DNA from: Methyloceanibacter sp. | GTDB taxonomy: Bacteria > Pseudomonadota > Alphaproteobacteria > Rhizobiales > Methyloligellaceae | Assembly: GCF_050728395.1 (NCBI RefSeq) | Contig: NZ_JBOHJB010000001.1 | Span: forward strand, 56,601-120,600 | Reading direction: 5' to 3' | Length of the DNA stretch: 64,000 nucleotides | Shown: positions 48,656-58,198 of the stretch, piece by piece | How positions within the stretch are numbered: position 1 is the stretch's first letter | Layout of the letters: each line of letters begins with the position of its first letter | The notes under the pieces: generated by a model | What the model was told of the DNA's origin: nothing | Database searches by the model: none | The model's input: only the letters and a program-made list of their open reading frames with translations | Program-made: the position numbers and the translations under genes

Positions 48656-49527
48656 ATTGCCAGTATCGATTTACCCACACGATGGCCCAAGAATGGATCC
48701 ACCACTCGGGATATCCTAATCATGAACTGGTCCCAAAGCTTGTATTGTGCGGCGGTAGGGACCTCCGCTTTAAGGGCAAAGCGATTGGCCAGGCTCGCCA
48801 AGACGCCCAAGCTGTCGAGATAGATGCATTTGTCGACGATTAGCTCCGGGGGGGTAAGCGCCAAGAGACTTGCCCGATTGTAACGCCGATAATGACCAAG
48901 CGCGGTGTCGAGTGCTGAGAAAAGTGCTTGATGCGCTGGCGCAAGCACAACGAGAAATCCGCCCGCATTCAAATGCCGGGCAGCCAGAGCGACTTCAGCC
49001 GTGTCGTCTTGGATATGCTCGAGAACGTCGACATAAAGGATAGTGTCGAAAGTCTCAGCGGCTTCGAGGTCGGATAGCGTGCCCACGCGAGAATGGCACA
49101 CGCCGGGAAGCTCCCCTCTGGTCTTGCAGGCATCGATCCTTTCCGCCTGCTTCTCGTCAGGCTCCAGTGCCAACCAGTAGCGCTGTTTATCGCCACACAA
49201 ATGGGCGATGTTCGCGCCCAATCCAGCTCCCACTTCAAGCACTCTTGGACCCAAATAAGGCTTGGCTTTGGACCCCCAATACCGCTTCCAGTTTACAGCT
49301 TCGGCAGCTAGGTCGAGTTCTCGCCCGACATAAGCGTAGTTCTGATTCGTCGCTTTTCGGACCTCGGAGGCGCGGTCACTTGGCTCGGTATCATCTGGCG
49401 TTCTTGAACCGCTCAAAGCGAAGTGCCGGATGTCATTGGCGCCGCAGCACAGCCATTCCCCAATCGACGTCGGGAACGGCGGGCACCAGCAGCGTTGGGC
49501 GAAATCCTGAGCTCGCGAGACGCTCAC
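48640..49527 (-). CDS. Class I SAM-dependent methyltransferase
   Basis: VLEVGAGLG, YVDVLEHI, LDTALGHYRRY. The start is uncertain; TTG at 49416 would avoid overlap with the upstream gene. Confidence 0.82.
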   Translation of the reverse strand: MSVSRAQDFAQRCWCPPFPTSIGEWLCCGANDIRHFALSGSRTPDDTEPSDRASEVRKATNQNYAYVGRELDLAAEAVNWKRYWGSKAKPYLGPRVLEVGAGLGANIAHLCGDKQRYWLALEPDEKQAERIDACKTRGELPGVCHSRVGTLSDLEAAETFDTILYVDVLEHIQDDTAEVALAARHLNAGGFLVVLAPAHQALFSALDTALGHYRRYNRASLLALTPPELIVDKCIYLDSLGVLASLANRFALKAEVPTAAQYKLWDQFMIRISRVVDPFLGHRVGKSILAIWQKK

Positions 49528-51040
49528 TCATGCATTCTGCGATTTTTTTCTGCGCCTCGGGGCCGCCGAAATTGACCACGCCCGACAATTCGAGCCGCCC
49601 GTCCGGGAGCTTTTTGTAGGGCACCACCACATATTCCGCTTCGCCGATACCGAGCGGATAGACTGAGATATGCCGGAAGGCCTTGTCATCATAAAGAGCG
49701 GGCATCATGGGATCCACCCCGGAGACCGTGGCGCCGGGTGGCACGGCCGCCGCTGCCGAGAGCAACATTGCCTCACGCGCCTTAAGATCTCGACGGTCCT
49801 TGGTATCCGCTATCAGGCGCACCACTTTGACCGGCGCGTAGTCCCTCAGATTGGAAAACGAAAAGGCAAGCAATGGTATTGGTTCGCGCGAGTTGATGAG
49901 CAGTAGCAGCACGCCGCAAAAGATCATTCCGACGCTCGCCAAAATCGTGCGCAGCCGATCGGGAAAAAGCTGATGAAGTCGGACCATGCCAAAGAGGGCG
50001 GCAGCGACCAGGAACGTGAAGTACAGACTGTGATAGTGGCTATACCAGCCACTTTTCTCTACGCCCCCCAGGGAACCAAGAATATTTGGCAGCATGGCGC
50101 CTGCAGCCAAAAGCGCTAGGCGCCACTGGAATAAGCTAAGCAGCCCAAGCCCCAACGCATTGACTAGCAGGAATTTTGTACTCGCCTCGTCGAGACCGTG
50201 GCGGAGGATTTCAACGATGCGTGGCAGGAAGAAGTAGGAAAATCCGGCGTAAAAATAGTTGTCCTGGAAGAAGCGCATATAAACGAGGACATACGCTGCC
50301 GTGGCCACCGCGATCGCGAGCGGAAAGAGATCCAACCGCCGGTAATGGAGTCCTCGAAACAGCAAAAGGCAGCCGAACGTATAAGCGCTGATCATCATCC
50401 CGGCCCGCTCCGTGCAAGAAGTCGCGAGCACGGCGCTCACTACGAGCAGTGCCAGCCAAGCGGGTGATCGCCGGTCCTCTTCGAAATAGGACACGAGGGC
50501 AATCGCGTATAAGAGGCCGAATACCATAAAGAATCGGTCAGGATAGATTTGCCAAAACATGCCATGCGACCAGACGGGATGTGCGGTCACCAGAAAGGCG
50601 AAACTGAACGCCGCAAGGACCGGGACGCTTCTACGTCGTGCCGCGACATAGACAATGACAATCATGAGGACGAAAGTGAGCGCAGTGAGCGTGGCGACAA
50701 TGACCGTTCCATCGAAGAATAACTTCAATGGGGCTATTAAGTAGAGTATGGGAAGAGAGTGCCAGCTGAAGACGTTCATCATTGGACCGTGATCGACCGG
50801 CAGAGGCATCTGGCAGACAGTCGCTACGTCTTTGTCAATGATCGTCTTAAAATATTCGGTGATTGACTTAAGCATGCGAGACCGTGGCACTCCATAACGG
50901 AACGTCGTATCAAACGACTCGACAAAGTAAGCCTGATCGAGAGTTAGAGTGTAGTGCAGGAGCCGCATGGCGCGTGCGATTGCCCAGACTGCGAGGCCCG
51001 AAACGGCCGTGACGACCAATCCTCGGTAGGAAACCTTCAA
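49433..51040 (-). CDS. GT-C-type membrane protein (DUF2079-like)
   Basis: TLDQAYF..S, HSLPILYLIAP, ERAG, HYHS. TTG start at 51040 after GGGGAG is inferred. Confidence 0.62.
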   Translation of the reverse strand: MKVSYRGLVVTAVSGLAVWAIARAMRLLHYTLTLDQAYFVESFDTTFRYGVPRSRMLKSITEYFKTIIDKDVATVCQMPLPVDHGPMMNVFSWHSLPILYLIAPLKLFFDGTVIVATLTALTFVLMIVIVYVAARRRSVPVLAAFSFAFLVTAHPVWSHGMFWQIYPDRFFMVFGLLYAIALVSYFEEDRRSPAWLALLVVSAVLATSCTERAGMMISAYTFGCLLLFRGLHYRRLDLFPLAIAVATAAYVLVYMRFFQDNYFYAGFSYFFLPRIVEILRHGLDEASTKFLLVNALGLGLLSLFQWRLALLAAGAMLPNILGSLGGVEKSGWYSHYHSLYFTFLVAAALFGMVRLHQLFPDRLRTILASVGMIFCGVLLLLINSREPIPLLAFSFSNLRDYAPVKVVRLIADTKDRRDLKAREAMLLSAAAAVPPGATVSGVDPMMPALYDDKAFRHISVYPLGIGEAEYVVVPYKKLPDGRLELSGVVNFGGPEAQKKIAECMSERLASSGFRPTLLVPAVPDVDWGMAVLRRQ

Positions 51041-51053
51041 GGGATCTCCCCCG

Positions 51054-52445
51054 TCAGTCCGTGTCAGGAGTTCCAGCGAAGCAGCCGATGAGTCGCGTCC
51101 GCAGGTCGCGTTCCCAGGCGGCAAGGTCGCCGGTGGCAAATGCGCCCCAGGAGATCTCGTCGCTCGGCACTTGATTCCTCAGTTGCTCGTAGACCTCGAC
51201 GCAATGTTTGACGACTGGATCCTCGATCCAATTGCTGTAGGACGCCTCCTCCACCTCCCCCTGCGGGGCCGTCGCGTTGATGATGGTCATGAATGTCCGT
51301 GCGCTCGCGTCGAAGTTCGGCTCATTGAGAAACCGAAAGCAAGCGCGCATCAGAGCAATCGGGTTCTCGAGAAACTTCTCGTAGAAAAGCAACAACACCC
51401 GGCCGTCACCGAACTCAGCCAGCGCCTTCATCCCAGCTTCAGTCGCGCGCAGCCACCAGATCGCGGTGTCTCGAACGGAATAGTCAGGCCCTCCTTTGGC
51501 GGTGAATCGCTGGAATGACGCGATCACCTGCAGCGGATCGCGCACCGTAAGGATGAATTGCGATTCGGGAAACGCGCGTGCAATGATGCGTGTCGCCATC
51601 GTGTTTACCGGCGCTCCATCGACCCAGCGGCGTTTGGGGCACCAGTTCGATCGCGCAGCCTGAAACTCCTGCTCATAAACGACAGTCGGATTGGCCAAGC
51701 GCGTGAGCATGACCCTGGTCGCGTGTCCGCGTAAGACGTGGCGATGAAGTCGATCGACGGCTTGGCCAATATACTGGAGGAGCAGGTCCTCGCTGATGTC
51801 GAGCCTTCGCGCCGCGCTCATCGAAGCCCGGCTGGCCATTTGAAACCCACTCGCTGCCCCGTAAAGCATCAGCGGCAGCCAGTTGGTCTCGTCGATATAT
51901 GCGATGTTTGGATGTTGGCCAATCGCCCAGGTCAGCACGCTGCTCCCTGACCTGCCCGGCCCGATGACAAACACTGGGGCGCTGGAATCAGGCCGATCCA
52001 ATGCCAGCTTCGCGTTTTTTCGCTGCCAGCTTTCTGTCCCTTGCGCGGAAGCCGGTCTCTCTCGCACCATGACCGACTTGATCAACAAAGCCAGATCCCG
52101 CTGGTCAGTGCCAATCCCGGCTTGCACCGGAACGCAAGAGAGCTCCGATTCAAAATCGATGACGACGACGCGGTACCCGACCGGCCGGATCCGCTCAAGC
52201 GTTACCTCGACATCGTCAAACGCCTGCCTGATCTCGCCGACCTCGGCCTGGGGCGCATCGGCAGAGATCTGGAAAATGAAAGGAAAATACCGATAGAGGC
52301 TCGCGTCGCCGGACGACAGCTTCAACGTTACATCGACTTGTTTCAGAGGTGACGGAAGCTCGATGGCGAGCTGCGCTCGCCGGCCGATCCACTCATCGAT
52401 CTCATGCCACTCTCCAGTATTTCCGCTGAATGAAAGCTCCTGCAT
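51054..52445 (-). CDS. Sulfotransferase family protein with N-terminal beta-sandwich domain
   Basis: VFVIGPGRSGSS (5'-PSB-like), RWVDGAP, FILTVRDPLQVIASF (3'-PB-like). Start trimmed to ATG 52445. Confidence 0.78.
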   Translation of the reverse strand: MQELSFSGNTGEWHEIDEWIGRRAQLAIELPSPLKQVDVTLKLSSGDASLYRYFPFIFQISADAPQAEVGEIRQAFDDVEVTLERIRPVGYRVVVIDFESELSCVPVQAGIGTDQRDLALLIKSVMVRERPASAQGTESWQRKNAKLALDRPDSSAPVFVIGPGRSGSSVLTWAIGQHPNIAYIDETNWLPLMLYGAASGFQMASRASMSAARRLDISEDLLLQYIGQAVDRLHRHVLRGHATRVMLTRLANPTVVYEQEFQAARSNWCPKRRWVDGAPVNTMATRIIARAFPESQFILTVRDPLQVIASFQRFTAKGGPDYSVRDTAIWWLRATEAGMKALAEFGDGRVLLLFYEKFLENPIALMRACFRFLNEPNFDASARTFMTIINATAPQGEVEEASYSNWIEDPVVKHCVEVYEQLRNQVPSDEISWGAFATGDLAAWERDLRTRLIGCFAGTPDTD

Positions 52446-52576
52446 GAAACTCGCTCCCGAATTTTTCTTGGTGTGACGGAGACGACGTAGCCTGCGGCCT
52501 GTAACAGCGCCACCGCGGTGGATCGTTGCCACCCACTGCCCCCACTCCGAGTGGCCGCACAGAGTTCGGTGACGGC

Positions 52577-55471
52577 CTAGTCTTTCGAATCCCGATCTGA
52601 GGTACCCTTCAAGATCTCAGCAAGTCGTTTTTGACGCGCCGCAGCCCTGCGCGAGATCCAGGTTTCCTCGGCCACTTGAAGAATGCGTTCGCAGGTCTCA
52701 AGGCCGACCTTCCAGGAATAGTTCTCTTCTACAAAATCGTAGCCTGCCGCCTGAACGGAGCGCCATTTCTGACGATTCTGATAAAGCGTCAGAATGGCCT
52801 TGGCAAACGTCTGAGGCTCGTCGGCGACCAGCACGTGTCGGCCGTGCTGTAACGGCATGCCTTCCACGGCCAGCGACGAAGCAACTGAAGGAAGGCCGTA
52901 GGCAAGGCTTCGAACGAGCTTGCCCTTGATCCCGGCGCCATAACGAAGCGGGACGACCGACAGGCGGCAGTCGTCCATGAGTTCGCCAAGCTCTGCGACG
53001 TGCCCGGTGATGACGATGTCTTCCGCCGCGAGGCGCAGCAAACTCTCAGGCGCGCCCGGCCCCACGATCAGAAACTTCGCTTCCTCCGGCAATTCCGATC
53101 TTACGAGGGGCCAAATCTCGCGCACAAAGTAGAGGACGGCGTCGACGTTAGGGTCGTGGACATAGCCGCCGATGAAGCACAGATGCCGCCGCTGCTGGAA
53201 GGGCCGCTGCGACCGGCGGACTTCAATGGTGTACGGATAGACGACAATATTCTCCACCGGGAGCTGCTCCTGGACCATCGTCTTCTCGGCTTCGGTGACG
53301 ACCACGGAGCAATCGCATTTGGCAAAAAGCTCCAGCTCCCGATCCTTGATCATTTCGGCTTCCAATCGCAACGACAGGTCCCCCAGCATTTCCGCTCGGC
53401 GTTTTAGCCGCAAATGGTGAAGATCGACGTCGTGGAAGATCAGGCGCGCCTTGGGGTAACCCACGCGCAACTTGTCGTAACAATCATCGAGCGACTCAAG
53501 GCGAAAGGCGATCACGGCATCGTAGAGCTGCGGCCTGTTGTGGAAGACATCGCCCAAGTGAGCGATGCAGGGCGCGATCATCGGCTCGACGCCAGTGCGC
53601 TGCAATGCCCTGGTGTAGTCGCCGGCAAAGGCGTAGTTCCTCGGTGCGAACGCGACGTGCCATCCCATATGAAGGAATATGCGCATCAACTCGACCGTGT
53701 TCACCGAGCCGGAGTCGCGATCGGGCGTCGGCGTCGTCGCGTCCATGACAAGCACGCGTTGGCGCCTGGTTCGGTCAGCTTCGGAATGCGGAAATGGATG
53801 GGGGAGCCCATGCTCTACCAACGCATCGCGCCAACGCTGGTAAAAGGTCTTGAGGTTTCTGACTTGGTAGGCCTTGATGCCAATCGTCTCATCGCGCCCA
53901 TGAGACCGCCCCTCGTAGTGAAGAACGAGGGAGAGCGGTTGAAACCAGACCTCGTAACCCGCCCGCCGCAGCTTGAAGGCCAAATCGAGGTCTTCGCAGT
54001 AAGCCGGCGCGTAGAAGAAGTCGAAGCCGCCGACTTGTTCCCACGCCGACGCCAAGACCGCAATCGAGGCGCCCGAGCAATAGTCCACCCGCCGCGCATA
54101 GCAAAATTCCGGACGCTCGGGAGATTCCCCGCGGCCGTAGTTCCAGACCGTGCCGTCCCGCCACACGATTCCCCCCGCATCCTGCAAGGACCCATCGGCG
54201 TTGATCAGCTTCGAGCCGACGAGCCCCGCTTTCGGGAACAGTTCGAACGATCCGATGAGCTCGTCGAGCCAACCTGGCAGGACACGCGTGTCGTTGTTGA
54301 GAAACAGGAGATATTTCCCGCGGGCCTTGGAGGCGGCAAAATTGCAGCTGCCGACAAATCCCTTGTTCTTGTCGCGCCTCAGATAGCGGAGCCAGGGAAT
54401 CGAGGAGACTGCCTCGACGCCGGTCTCCTCGGGCGAAGCGTCATCCATGACGATGATCTCGGCGGTGTACCGACTCGTTTGGGCGCAAAGGGAATCAAGG
54501 CAGTTCAATAAGACCTGCGGTTGACCATAGACCGGGATAATGATCGAAACGTCGGGAGACTCTCGGGCGAGCGGCAGCTCAGGAATGCGCGAAGTGAGAT
54601 CGGCGACCGCCTGTTCGGCAAATTCGAGGCTCGACGACTTCTCCAACGTGAATCCGAACCTGCCGAGATACGCTTCACCGCGCAAGCGCTCGAGCTCGAT
54701 CTGCTCGGGGAGATCTGGACCGATCGGGAAAGGCAGCGTGAGGTTGCGTTTCTCTTCGCGCTCGGCAAGTGAGATCGGGCGCCCGGCAGGGCGTCCGTAT
54801 TCGATCCAATGCAGCATGGGGTTGAGACCCGTTTGCCGGGCATCGGGATTGGCCATGTAATAGTCGGCGCTGCTGAATTGGGGAGACGGGTCCAGACACC
54901 TGCGGTATCCCCAGATCCAGTAATGGGCGAGAGGATCGATCCCGTCTGCCGCCGGCACCGCGCTTCGATAGTATTCAGGATCGAAGAGGCCGCTCTCCTT
55001 CGCCCGCTCGTACCATCGCCAAAAATCGGGATTCCTTTCCGATTCCAGCAATGCCCGACCGAGAGCCGGCTCTCCCAGAACTTCTTCGAGACGCTGCGGC
55101 GGAATGCCTACCCGAGCAGCGAAGGTTCTTATGCGCTCGCGCGAGCGGCGATCCTGGCGTCGATACTGGAAAAGCGCAGACGTATCGACGCGTTCTGACG
55201 GTTTCCGCCCCTCATTTTTGCCCCACCGCAAGTAGTGTGTGAGAGGGTCGACTCCGGCCGCTCTAATGTCAGCGTTGTTGGCAAGGTAAAATTCGGGATC
55301 GAACAAGTTTAGCGAGAGTAAGATTCGGGTCTCACGGTCCGCGATCCAGGTTCGAAAAAAAAAGAGACGGTTCCGAAGCAATCTCAACGCGGCGTTCAAT
55401 CGCGCCACCTGACTAGGGGAATTAGACTTAGGTCCCATTCGGAACGCGACTTCCAAACGCCCTACGACCAT
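52577..55471 (-). CDS. Bifunctional GT2 + GT4 glycosyltransferase with N-terminal FDPxYY repeats
   Basis: SIIIPVYGQ, GFVGSCN, FLNNDT, YCSGAS, YCEDLDL; TPTPDRDSGS, PLRYGAGIKGK. Confidence 0.88.
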   Translation of the reverse strand: MVVGRLEVAFRMGPKSNSPSQVARLNAALRLLRNRLFFFRTWIADRETRILLSLNLFDPEFYLANNADIRAAGVDPLTHYLRWGKNEGRKPSERVDTSALFQYRRQDRRSRERIRTFAARVGIPPQRLEEVLGEPALGRALLESERNPDFWRWYERAKESGLFDPEYYRSAVPAADGIDPLAHYWIWGYRRCLDPSPQFSSADYYMANPDARQTGLNPMLHWIEYGRPAGRPISLAEREEKRNLTLPFPIGPDLPEQIELERLRGEAYLGRFGFTLEKSSSLEFAEQAVADLTSRIPELPLARESPDVSIIIPVYGQPQVLLNCLDSLCAQTSRYTAEIIVMDDASPEETGVEAVSSIPWLRYLRRDKNKGFVGSCNFAASKARGKYLLFLNNDTRVLPGWLDELIGSFELFPKAGLVGSKLINADGSLQDAGGIVWRDGTVWNYGRGESPERPEFCYARRVDYCSGASIAVLASAWEQVGGFDFFYAPAYCEDLDLAFKLRRAGYEVWFQPLSLVLHYEGRSHGRDETIGIKAYQVRNLKTFYQRWRDALVEHGLPHPFPHSEADRTRRQRVLVMDATTPTPDRDSGSVNTVELMRIFLHMGWHVAFAPRNYAFAGDYTRALQRTGVEPMIAPCIAHLGDVFHNRPQLYDAVIAFRLESLDDCYDKLRVGYPKARLIFHDVDLHHLRLKRRAEMLGDLSLRLEAEMIKDRELELFAKCDCSVVVTEAEKTMVQEQLPVENIVVYPYTIEVRRSQRPFQQRRHLCFIGGYVHDPNVDAVLYFVREIWPLVRSELPEEAKFLIVGPGAPESLLRLAAEDIVITGHVAELGELMDDCRLSVVPLRYGAGIKGKLVRSLAYGLPSVASSLAVEGMPLQHGRHVLVADEPQTFAKAILTLYQNRQKWRSVQAAGYDFVEENYSWKVGLETCERILQVAEETWISRRAAARQKRLAEILKGTSDRDSKD

Positions 55472-55638
55472 TGTGGTCCGGCATCATTCGATGCCAATGC
55501 CTCATGCCAAATCCCAGTCTTTACCGAGTTTCGATCCCACGTCTATCTTAGAGGCGGTTTGGTTAGCGTGCACCTGGGCTGGCGTCAGCCATGGCCCCCA
55601 GATGCGCCAATCGAGGGCAGATAAAGTTGGACTTGTCA

Positions 55639-57102
55639 ATGTATCGCCGCCCCAGTCTCGGCTCGGCATCTAGTCGGCTCGCGCCCCACCACGATATCCT
55701 GTTTTGGACCTCACTCGTTGCACTTATCTTTGCCATCAAAGCTGCATTCGTACTCTTCGACCGGCTGCCAATATTCTATCTTGGGGATTCGGCAGTTTAT
55801 CTCTCTTCGGCAATCTCAGATTCAATGCCGGACGACAGATCATTCACCTATGGATTATTTTTCATCCGTCCAATTCTGGCGTTATTCGGCAGTTTGGGAG
55901 CCGTTGTCGTAGCTCAGTCTTTGGTCTCAGGCGCCTCTTGCATCCTCGCCGGCATGTGCCTGCGAGTGGGTTTCGACGCGCCGCCGTGGGTCGTCGCTGT
56001 TACCGCGATCACCTACGCCTTCGAGCCTTTGGCTCTTACTCAGGAACGGCTCATCCTGACAGAGACCGTGGCCCTATTTTTTCTCGCCCTCTTTGTCCTT
56101 GTGGGCCTTGTCTATATTCGGCAGCCGCGATGGTACCTCGTCGTACTCCTTGCCCTGATCGGCGCGGTCGCACTCAGTCTGCGCACGAGCTTCATTCCGA
56201 TGATTGTGATAGCAACCGCCGCAGTGGTGCTACTGGGCGCCCCTCGCTTATGGCAGGAGCTGCGTGCCGGGAAGAAATTTCTCCCCGTGTTCCTCTTGCA
56301 CGCAGTCCTGGCCGTCGGCGCGACCGCTGGGTTTCATGCGGCCTACAAGCAGTACTTCTCGTACATGACCGGGTCTCCTCCCTCGTACAACGCGGGCGGC
56401 GGCTTCTTTCTCGTTGCGGCCTGGGCACCAATTATTTCCCAAGTCGATTTTCCGAATGAGAGAGTCGCGAACCTTATTTTGCCGAATGTGAAATATGAGC
56501 TCAGTCGGAGATCTAATCGGTCTGTGAACAGATTTTGGCCAGATGGATTAGTCGGAGTCATAATAAAAGCCGAGAATGGGAATTATTTGTTTGCCCAGAA
56601 ATTGGCCGGGAAAATTGCACGGAATGCCGCGCTTCGCGACCCCTTGGGGGTCGCAAACCTTGCTTGGGAAACTTACACAGATTTTTGGGACAGGGAGATC
56701 ATGAATAAGCGCCTTGTTAAGGAGCAAGGCGACCGGGAACTCTCCGACTATTTGCTCAAGTACTTTAATGAGCACTACGACGAGGACTTGTCGGGACACC
56801 ACTTGCAATCGAGTTTGGTGAAACAGTGGCATGTTTCGGCCTTCTACTGGTATCGCTTCCTACTCCTGTCCCCCCTGTTGTCGCTGCTCACAATAGTCAC
56901 TGCCGGCTCGTATCGAAGCTCAAGCATTTTCATTGGGGTCGTGGTTTGCGCGCTGATGGTCGTGAACTGCGCGCTGGGTACTGAAGCGGTCATCCGGTAT
57001 TTGCAACCTGTGGCGTGGTTGACATGTCTCCAGCTGGGACAAGTCTTATGCGCCGTGCCTACTCTTTGGCGACGCCCAGCTTTGGTCAGCGCGGCCAGTT
57101 GA
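55639..57102 (+). CDS. GT-C-type membrane glycosyltransferase
   Basis: YLGDSAVY first loop, R..FTYGLF, ERLILTETV and RYLQP motifs, multi-TM body. Confidence 0.6.
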   Translation: MYRRPSLGSASSRLAPHHDILFWTSLVALIFAIKAAFVLFDRLPIFYLGDSAVYLSSAISDSMPDDRSFTYGLFFIRPILALFGSLGAVVVAQSLVSGASCILAGMCLRVGFDAPPWVVAVTAITYAFEPLALTQERLILTETVALFFLALFVLVGLVYIRQPRWYLVVLLALIGAVALSLRTSFIPMIVIATAAVVLLGAPRLWQELRAGKKFLPVFLLHAVLAVGATAGFHAAYKQYFSYMTGSPPSYNAGGGFFLVAAWAPIISQVDFPNERVANLILPNVKYELSRRSNRSVNRFWPDGLVGVIIKAENGNYLFAQKLAGKIARNAALRDPLGVANLAWETYTDFWDREIMNKRLVKEQGDRELSDYLLKYFNEHYDEDLSGHHLQSSLVKQWHVSAFYWYRFLLLSPLLSLLTIVTAGSYRSSSIFIGVVVCALMVVNCALGTEAVIRYLQPVAWLTCLQLGQVLCAVPTLWRRPALVSAAS

Positions 57103-57117
57103 GACGGAAGCGGCCAA

Positions 57118-58101
57118 TCATCGAGTAGACTGCAGATGGCGCTCCCAAAGAAGCGCGTGAGCCACGATCGTGTCGAGATCGTCGAGCTCCGGTCGCCAGC
57201 CCAAAATGGTGCGCACGCGGTCGGCCGTCGCCACCAACGTGGCTGGATCGCCCCGGCGCCTCGCCGCCCGACGAACCGGGACGTCCCATTTGGCGGCGCG
57301 CCTGACTGACGAGATCACTTCCAACACGGAGAAGCCCCGGCCATAGCCGCAGTTGAGCACCGTGCTTTCGCCGCCGGCGCGCAGATAGCGCAGAGCGGCG
57401 AGATGGGCACGGGCGAGGTCCGTAACATGGATGTAGTCGCGCACGCCGGTCCCATCAGGCGTCGGGTAGTCATCGCCGAACACCTCCACCCAAGGCCTTT
57501 CGCCGAGCGCCGCCTGCGCAGCAACCTTGATGAGATGGGTGGCGGCTCGTGTCGATTGACCGGCACGCCCGCGAGGATCGGCACCGGCGACGTTGAAATA
57601 GCGCAAGGCCAAATAGGTGAAGTCGTGGGCCTTCGCTGCATCGCGAAGCATGGTCTCGGTCATGAGCTTGGAGCTCCCATAGGGAGAGATCGGATCGATG
57701 GGCGCATCCTCGTCGATGGGATCGTCGCCACCGATGCCGTAAACCGCCGCGGTGGACGAGAAAATGAAATGCTTGAGGCCGGCTTCGACGGCGCAAGCGA
57801 TGAGATTGCGGGATTTGCAGGTGTTGTTCAGATAATAGCCGAGCGGATCGCTGACCGACTCGGGCACTATGATGGACCCGGCGAAATGCAATATCGCGTC
57901 GACTCCAGCCTCGGAGAGGATTTGTCGGACCAGACCCTGATCACCGACATCTCCCACCACTAGCTGCGCCGCAGCGGGAACCGCGCTGCGAAATCCTGTC
58001 GACAAATTATCGAGGACGATCACCTCTTCACCGGCGTCGAGCAGCTCGAGCACCGCGTGGCTGCCGATATAGCCGGCTCCGCCGGTGACGAGAACGCTCA
58101 C
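57118..58101 (-). CDS. galE: UDP-glucose 4-epimerase
   Basis: TGGAGYIGSH, HFAGSIIVPESV, SPYGSSK, RYFNVAGAD, DYPTPDGTGVRDYIHV. Confidence 0.95.
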   Translation of the reverse strand: MSVLVTGGAGYIGSHAVLELLDAGEEVIVLDNLSTGFRSAVPAAAQLVVGDVGDQGLVRQILSEAGVDAILHFAGSIIVPESVSDPLGYYLNNTCKSRNLIACAVEAGLKHFIFSSTAAVYGIGGDDPIDEDAPIDPISPYGSSKLMTETMLRDAAKAHDFTYLALRYFNVAGADPRGRAGQSTRAATHLIKVAAQAALGERPWVEVFGDDYPTPDGTGVRDYIHVTDLARAHLAALRYLRAGGESTVLNCGYGRGFSVLEVISSVRRAAKWDVPVRRAARRRGDPATLVATADRVRTILGWRPELDDLDTIVAHALLWERHLQSTR

Positions 58102-58198
58102 GCGCGTTCTTCCCGATCGAAGTCTTCCGAGGCTAGACGGTGATCTGTCGGGTTCATGAAACCCTTGGCTTCGCCACCACGTTCCGTGGCTCGCTTCC

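Noticed and set aside
53414-54511. 365-aa plus-strand ORF
   Set aside because: It is the antisense shadow of the GT2/GT4 gene.
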